A stretch of DNA of 64,000 nt from Balanoglossus misakiensis (taxonomy: Eukaryota > Animalia > Hemichordata). The notes below the pieces were generated by a model. The model worked only from the letters and a program-made list of their open reading frames with translations, was not told the DNA's origin and did not search any database. The stretch spans positions 6,427,531 through 6,491,530 of the forward strand of contig CM082592.2 in NCBI GenBank assembly GCA_040954595.2, in the 5' to 3' direction. Below are positions 57,390 to 64,000 of the stretch, piece after piece; positions within the stretch are counted from its first letter, which is position 1, and each line of letters opens with the position of its first letter. A program made the translations under genes and the position numbers.

Positions 57390-57830
57390 CATGAAGAACT
57401 CAGCACAGGCTCCAGTCTAAATTTCCGAAGTTCTCTCCAATTTGGTGAGTTCATGGTTTTTGGAACACTGATATCGTAAGTTAAAGTTATTCTGAGTAGC
57501 TCTTTGGTAGTCTATTGACGGATGGCTGCTAGTGAAATGGGAGAAAAGGCAGGAAAACGTCCTGGAGAACGTGGAAGGAAGGCAGCAACAATGGAATTCT
57601 CCTCCTATTACATGGGATTGAGTCGTGACAACGTGGTCTTGAAAGCAAAGTTGATAAACTCAGAAATCAGTTGATGTAGTCGGTTGAATCCCAGATGAAA
57701 AGTTTGTGTTGGAAATCGGCAGAATAGATGCTAAAATGTCTGTATTGGAGACCGCTGTTAGAAACCGAGAAGATGGTATATTTGCCATTGACGCCAACCC
57801 TCTGAGCAATGATGACGGGGGCTGTCCATG
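57390..57830 (+). pseudogene. Decayed coding-like fragment, possibly a LINE ORF1 coiled-coil remnant
   Basis: Interrupted reading GLESKVDKLRNQLM*SVESQMKSL / LEIGRIDAKMSVLETAVRNRE with a stop and a frameshift, and heptad-like periodicity. No recognisable RT or endonuclease. Confidence 0.3.
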
Positions 57831-58005
57831 TCCGTATGATATTCGTATGATGTCGGTAATGTCTACTGCACATGCGTATAGCAACTGTGTGAATATCATT
57901 GCTCAGGTGAGCAGAGCCGGGCATGCCACATGCCCGAGCTTGTGTGTCACATCACGAGACGACGACTGACAACACAGCCCGGGCCGGTGCAGTGATTAAG
58001 AAACC

Positions 58006-58273
58006 ATGGCTTCTGACAGTGATGTTAGTGTCAGCGCCCAGAAACAGTTGGAACGGCCCCACACTTGCCAAGAGCGCCGACTTCTGTCCGACAAAGTCGT
58101 CAGATTTGCTGAAGAGCATCTGCGGAAATCGGAAAGTGGGCAAATCCCAGCCTCCTTCATGAAAGAGGACAAAGCCGCCGGACTGTTGGACTGTGCGATC
58201 GAGCAGGCCCCCAAAGACATAGGTAAAGGGGTGGACCCACAGGGGGCAGAGAAATCGTATAATAATCGTACAC

Positions 58274-58314
<41 letters not shown>

Positions 58315-61300
58315 TATTTTCTTTTTAAAAAGCAATGTGGCATTCCTTGCTGTCGTTTGTCGATGTTGTAAATAACTAAAAGAACGCTAAACTATTGATA
58401 AAAGATAATCCTATAGATCGCCCAACGTCGGCTCTACTATATACAGGTGTGACGCTCGGCGACCATACGACTAATCTACTGCACTGAAATTATTCAGGAC
58501 ATTTGACAAATATAGTACACAAACTTCATTAAGAAAATACTAGTGTGCATGGAATAATTCTGTACTATATTTAGGATAAACATATGTATTCGCGCGGGGA
58601 CCAATTACTAGTAAGACCTTGATGGGAAGCGGGCTGTGGACGAGTGTCTTTTTAAATACTATTTTTGCTCATACAGTGAATCACATGGTTGCTTATACTG
58701 GGTGTCAACTTTTTGTCGTATTTGCCGCCTACTGCAATAGACAGTCTATGCTACCACTTTGCCTAAATCCTAGAAGATTCGGGTTGTTTGTAAGGCTTGT
58801 AATCGCTCCGCAGATCCCTCCGTGGTGAATAGCACTTCATAACAGGTCATAATATCCTCTTTGTTTTTTGCTTAAAAAGACAAGCTTCTTTCGGTCATCG
58901 AGGAACATGTACTTGGTTCAGGTATCCCAGTCAACCATACCAAGCTGGGCGGCGTGTCGGGAGGCGCTACGTACCTGGCAGCTCTCGGCGACTACCTTGC
59001 AGCAGTTATCAATCGATTTCCGGGTATGTGCATGTAAGGCCGAGTTTGTTTAGGTCAATATGTTGGAATATACACTATTAAAATAAACAATTTGGAAGTA
59101 ATTCCGGTTTTTGAGGGTCTATGCGCTGATGGTGAATAGGTACAGGTGCACGGTTGGGTGTAAATTCTACACTTATGACCGTGGCTGGAAATGTTCATTA
59201 AATATGCAAATTAGATGTTAATTTACTAAACTCGGTGACTCTTATAAACATCCTCAATCTATTCCCGAAAAACAGAAGATGAAGTAGAATTAGTATGCAA
59301 GCCAAAGACCATCGTGCTGTGCGGCGAACTATTGAAATCACGACTAATTTTGTTGTCTTGGGGTGGTGAAGATTATAGACACGCATAAAATCCAAAATGA
59401 AAGGTGTACTTGACAAACACTATATATGTTCATTTGTAATACTCCTTGAAACCATCAAATTGCTGTCAATGCTGGTTACAGTTACTGTATTCCCTTCGGT
59501 GCAGAATAATCGAATTATTTCTCTAACAGCCGACTTCCTGGCTTGCCCCGGTGCTGTCCGAATGGAAAAAATGGTGGTATCTTGGGCAGCGAAGCTCTTC
59601 GGTTTCCCAGAAGGCTTTAGTGGATCGTTGGTCTCGGGTGGCACTTCAGGGACTGTGTTGGCTGTCGTGGCAGCAAGACACAGTAAAGGATTGCGTGGTG
59701 AAGACTTCAAACGGTATGGACCTGTCACCAAACTACACATTCTTGGCCTTATATGTCTAGAATTACTGCACCTCCTCTCATAATAAAACTTGCAACAGAC
59801 ATTGATATGGCAAGATACATATTGCCAATTCCCACTGGCATTAGTTTTTCACCACGGGACTACGTATCATAAACATGATGATGATTCGTACATGATATGA
59901 TGTTACATTGTTTCCAAGATGGCCGCCCTTTGATGAACATACGTCTCTTCCTTTCTAGTGTTGTCGTTTACGCGACCGGTATGACAAACATATGTTTGAG
60001 CAAATCGTTGATGACTACTGGTCTTTTTGAGGCCATCGTCAGAAACATACCAGTGGATGACTACTTCAGGATGGATCCTAAGCATTTGAGGGACGCGGTG
60101 AAAAAAGACAGAGAGGTAAATGTGGACGATATCATCAGTCTTGAACCACCGTTATTTGAGGAAAAGGTCAAATGGTGATAGGAAAAGACACACAATTCTA
60201 TGGGCGGTCTACGCTGTATTAGACAGTTACTTGCTTGTTCCAGTCAATTTCCCCAAATCAGACATTTTTCTACACACACTTATGCACTCTTTGCTATTAT
60301 AAGTTATAGTTTATAGACTATAAGACTATACATTGTAATTTATACAGGAAGGTCTGTTGCCGCTGATGGTGGTAGCAACGATTGGCACCACAAGCGCGGG
60401 TTCTGTGGATCCCATAGAGGAAATCGCTGATGTGGCGGAGGAATACAATCTGTGGTTACATGTGGATGCTGCATATGGCGGATTCTTTGTTTTAGTGGAA
60501 GAGTTGGAGGACGTCTTTAAAGGGGTGAACAGAGCTGACTCTGTGGTCCTTGATCCCCACAAAAGTAGGTTTCAATTCAATCACAAATCTGACGTGACTC
60601 TGGGGTTATGTCAGCGGCACAGACATTTCATTTGGCGGAGTCATCTGTCCAGTTTAAATGTTTGTTGTTCATTCGCCATTATTCAATGTACATACATACC
60701 TGACAATGTTGACGGGTCGATATATACTGCTCTGGTCCATCCCGCGACCTGAGCGAAATTTCTGTCGAAGTTATATTGGGGGACCTTTGAACTGTTTTTC
60801 TCATGCCTCGATGTGTCTAAAAGTTCGTGTGGAAGTGCCATTTGGTGAAACAACTGACTCAAGACACTTTCTATTTTTTTTGACCTCAAGTCTGGCCTGA
60901 CAAGAATTGGAACTTTTGCCTCTGATTCTGTTTTCATGTACGTCTAGGTCTATATGTTCCATTTGGAACGGGTCTTGTGATTGTAAGGGAGGGTATCAAA
61001 CTCCGAAACGCGATGTGTTTGTCTGAAAATCCGCCATACTTGCAAGATCATGAAGTTGACGAGGAGTCCCCGATGCATCTGACGTTTGAAATAACAAAAC
61101 CTAACAGGTATTTAAAAAATCTGAATTCACAATTATCGTCTTATATCAGGCGTATGTCTCGTGCACTGTTTTGTTTCATACACATTGTGAATGTTATATT
61201 CCTTCACAATATTTTGTGAGCAATTGATATGTTTTCAGTAAATGTTGCACCGAAAGATTGGATGTCTTGCATTTTGAGCAATGCACACGAATAACAAGAA

Positions 61301-62069
61301 AATTTGTCATAAACATTTTACAGGGCATTGCGAGTGTGGTTGCCACTGCAGTTTTATGGAGTGGGGGCAATCCGTGCGACTCTAACAGAAAAGATCCAGC
61401 TTACTCGATACGCATACCAGACTATCAAAGGTTAGGGGAGGAACAAACGTCATCTTAAGCGTGCGTTCTATTTTCATTGGCATTCATCGTGTTCACAATG
61501 CATGTATCTCTAATGCATCAAACCTCGCCAATTTATGTTATCGATATTGGACAGTGTACTCACACTGTCGGTAACCAAGGTTACATCGCGTTGGACGCAT
61601 TAACTTATACCTGATTGGACAAGGCATCTCTTCTGAACTAAATGTATTTTCTGCTGGTCATTTTCAATGTCAATTTTTTTCCCAACCCGCGGAGATTCAT
61701 CAGTAAACACTATATATTGTTAGCTACTTGATCACACAAAATTTCCTTCGGAGTTGTTAAAATGGCATGGTATCTTTTTTTATTACTTTTATTACATCAG
61801 AAATACCCGGGTGTAAGGTCGACTGTCCACCACAGTTGACTGTCATTACGTTCCACTATGAAACGGGTGATGACAAGTCAAATGAAACGTTCAACACGGC
61901 CATCAGAGAGAAGATTATAGCGGATGGTACCTTCTTTCTATCCTCGACTAGGATGAATGAAAAATATCGACTTCGAATGTGCGTCATTCATTTTCGCACT
62001 CACAAAGGCACCCTCGATGAGTTCTTCACGTTGTTTAAGAAAATTCTGGGGGAGCTAAAAGCTGACTGA
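58006..62069 (+). CDS. PLP-dependent group II (aromatic-L-amino-acid) decarboxylase of the microbial-like subfamily, ~484 aa, 8 exons; possible aldehyde synthase
   Basis: Phase-consistent exons 58006-58222, 58880-59023, 59530-59713, 59959-60115, 60348-60564, 60948-61107, 61324-61430, 61801-62069 (1455 nt). Motifs ALGDYLA, PGAVRME, LVSGG, ATIGTTSAGSVDP, WLHVDAAYGG, ADSVVLDPHK (PLP Lys codon 60561-60563), RALRVWLPL, FLSST, LRMCVIHFRTH. Confidence 0.92.
58274..58312. repeat. (GAT)n trinucleotide microsatellite in intron 1 of the decarboxylase
   Basis: atgatgatgat... ~13 units, after the donor at 58223. Confidence 0.95.
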
Positions 62070-62724
62070 TTTATAAGTCTATCGCGTTATATTCTGGCTT
62101 GGTATTACAGATTACTCGATCAGATGTGTGTATGATCTGGACACGATGCAGATGGCACAACGGACATTAAAATCAAATCATATTTGCCCAAATTGCACAG
62201 TTGCAAACAGAAATCAAGTGGGATGGGGTAGTTTATCTTGAAGTGCAATCTACAAGTAATAATTTTTTGTCGTCGTTTTCTACATGTTACTATTTCGGTT
62301 TGAATGTATTACATTAGCGTTGTTTTTGTGTGAATGGTGAATAAAATGTGGTGCGTGTTGATAGCTGTCAACATGGACAGGGACGGCCAGTCGGACCGCC
62401 ATACATGATTAAAGGCTGCTCCCGTATATGCTTCAATTAATTTTCAGATTTGAATTTTCAGAGAGAAATGTGTGCCTCATTGCTTGGTGAAATTGAAAAT
62501 TAAAACGAGTCTTTCGATATCAAACCATTTAGCAATCATAGCATTTGCTGGTACGTCGGGGCGTATACCTTTAAACTGCTCGCACACACACACACACACA
62601 TACGCATCAAACAACACATTTCATTACCGTGACGTTAAATTTGGGGTCGTTTTATTGACATATATACTACTATTAACACCCAAACCAACATTTAATTCCT
62701 TTGTCGGTTAACTCATTTTTGGCC

Positions 62725-64000
62725 TCATCCATAGTTGGGCCATGTCTGGATTTCGTTGTACAGCTCTTGTCCTGGGCACGAGGTGGCGTCGACGTCACGA
62801 TGTCCCAACAGACGGTAGTTTGATATGATCTGGTTGTTGGCCACACCGCAGTCGATCAACTGTTGGCCAGCATTCAGTGCTTTCTCGTTAGGCTGGGGGA
62901 AAAAAAGTTGAAAGGTCGGTTATCATATGTTTGGTGAGATTTTGGGCAGCTCATTTGATGCAATCACTGTTTCATTCCTTCGGTAGAATAACGCGCTTCA
63001 AAGTCATGCAGTATTGATTTTTTGTGTGCTCTAAATTGAGTCACCGTTGTTAAAATCACTTACCAGCACAGGGTCAAAATTACCGAGGTAGGAGATTGCG
63101 TGAGATATACTGTTGTATCCAGATGTGTGTGCACCAACCACTCCCCAGCCACGACCTTCGTACGCGTTACCATCTTCACCAACACAGAAACTGTAGCCAA
63201 TATCGTTCCATCCTGAGCAGTGCGGAAAAAGGGGGGATTTCAACACCTTGTAGTTGTACCTTCATCTTTCATTACCTACATAATATTATTTCGTTGCTTT
63301 CTTTTTCCACCCACTATAAAATTGAATGTTCACCTTTATGAACGCAAAGTTCAGGTAAGTTACGCAACTGTACGGTTACACGTGAAGCACCCCCACAGTT
63401 CATTTTCTCCTTCGAAAGGTGTACGTTTGTAATTTATTTTCTCATCCCAAACGTCTGTGTGTCTCTTTGCCTGTTTATATCTGCGTGTTGTGTTTTTGTC
63501 TGTGTCTGCGTATATGTGATGTCTGTGTCTTTGCTTGGGTGATTGGCCGCGTGTCACTGTCTGTCACTCACCCTGGCTGTCCATATGGTAGTTTTGGACT
63601 GAGCGCATTTCCGCACTGCATGCTGCAATATCATAGCACCTATTGCCAACGGTATGGTGGATGAACTGATAGTCCACTGGCGTTGACATGTAGCTGACAC
63701 TCCTCGCATCTCTGGCACCCCACTCTGCACGACTTACGAGACGAACCAGTCCACAATACTCCGCTGGACAGGAATGAGGTCAACCAGAAAAGGAAAATCA
63801 CAAAATCGGTTAGTTTCACCGGAACCGTCTCTGCAAGGCAACCAAGGGCAGTTTTGTGTGTGGAAAAACATGTATGCCAGGTGTACTCACGCTCTCCGTT
63901 GGGCACACAGCATCTCCGGTCTGCAGGGCCAGAACAGAGTCCATTCTGGTAGGATCCATCAGTGCAAGGCAGAGAGTCATCCTGACATGTGCCGCCCATG
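62725..64000 (-). CDS. Peptidoglycan recognition protein, catalytic Zn-amidase type, with an N-terminal Cys-rich module; 5' end lies beyond the window
   Basis: Exons >63999-63891, ~63765-63572, ~63212-63064, ~62892-62725. Motifs LVSRAEWGA, FIHHT, VQNYHMD, WNDIGYSF, YEGRGW, GAHT, GNF, LLGHRD, TSCPG, IQTWPNY*. The Zn ligands His, His, Cys and the catalytic Tyr are all present. Confidence 0.95.

Noticed and set aside
58223-58371. Poly-Asp C-terminus of ORF 58006-58371 (and the antisense poly-Ile and poly-Ser ORFs)
   Set aside because: Read-through into intron 1 across the (GAT)n repeat; the true frame splices at 58222 to 58880.

Overview
Gene-dense, intron-rich animal genomic DNA, not prokaryotic. 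It is probably an invertebrate deuterostome and plausibly a hemichordate (inference from gene content, a microbial-type aromatic amino acid decarboxylase with introns, and single pre-duplication orthologues). Spliced genes reconstructed by hand from GT-AG boundaries, in order: 5'-incomplete ankyrin-repeat (ANKRD55/inversin-like) gene (+), TRIAP1 (-, missed by the ORF track), GATC (+), SRSF1/9 (-), two tandem dynein light chain LC8 genes (+), COQ5 (-), HEATR6 (+) with an antisense fibrinogen-domain gene nested in its largest intron, a ~615-aa coiled-coil gene (-) resembling an ankyrin-less ANKRD31, CD2BP2 (+), a PLP-dependent group II decarboxylase (+) and a 5'-truncated catalytic PGRP (-). Highlights: (1) the decarboxylase has Asn at the His192-equivalent position, the change that makes insect DDC paralogues H2O2-producing aldehyde synthases; (2) the mini-ANKRD31 candidate with a possible REC114-binding tail; (3) a candidate non-coding 3'UTR exon/intron module of SRSF1/9 resembling vertebrate SRSF1 NMD autoregulation; (4) TRIAP1-GATC-SRSF-DYNLL-COQ5 in the same order and orientation as human 12q24.31; (5) LC8 duplicates that differ at residues 29 and 41, as vertebrate DYNLL1 and DYNLL2 do. 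Comparisons with proteins or RNAs from other species are from memory and need database confirmation.
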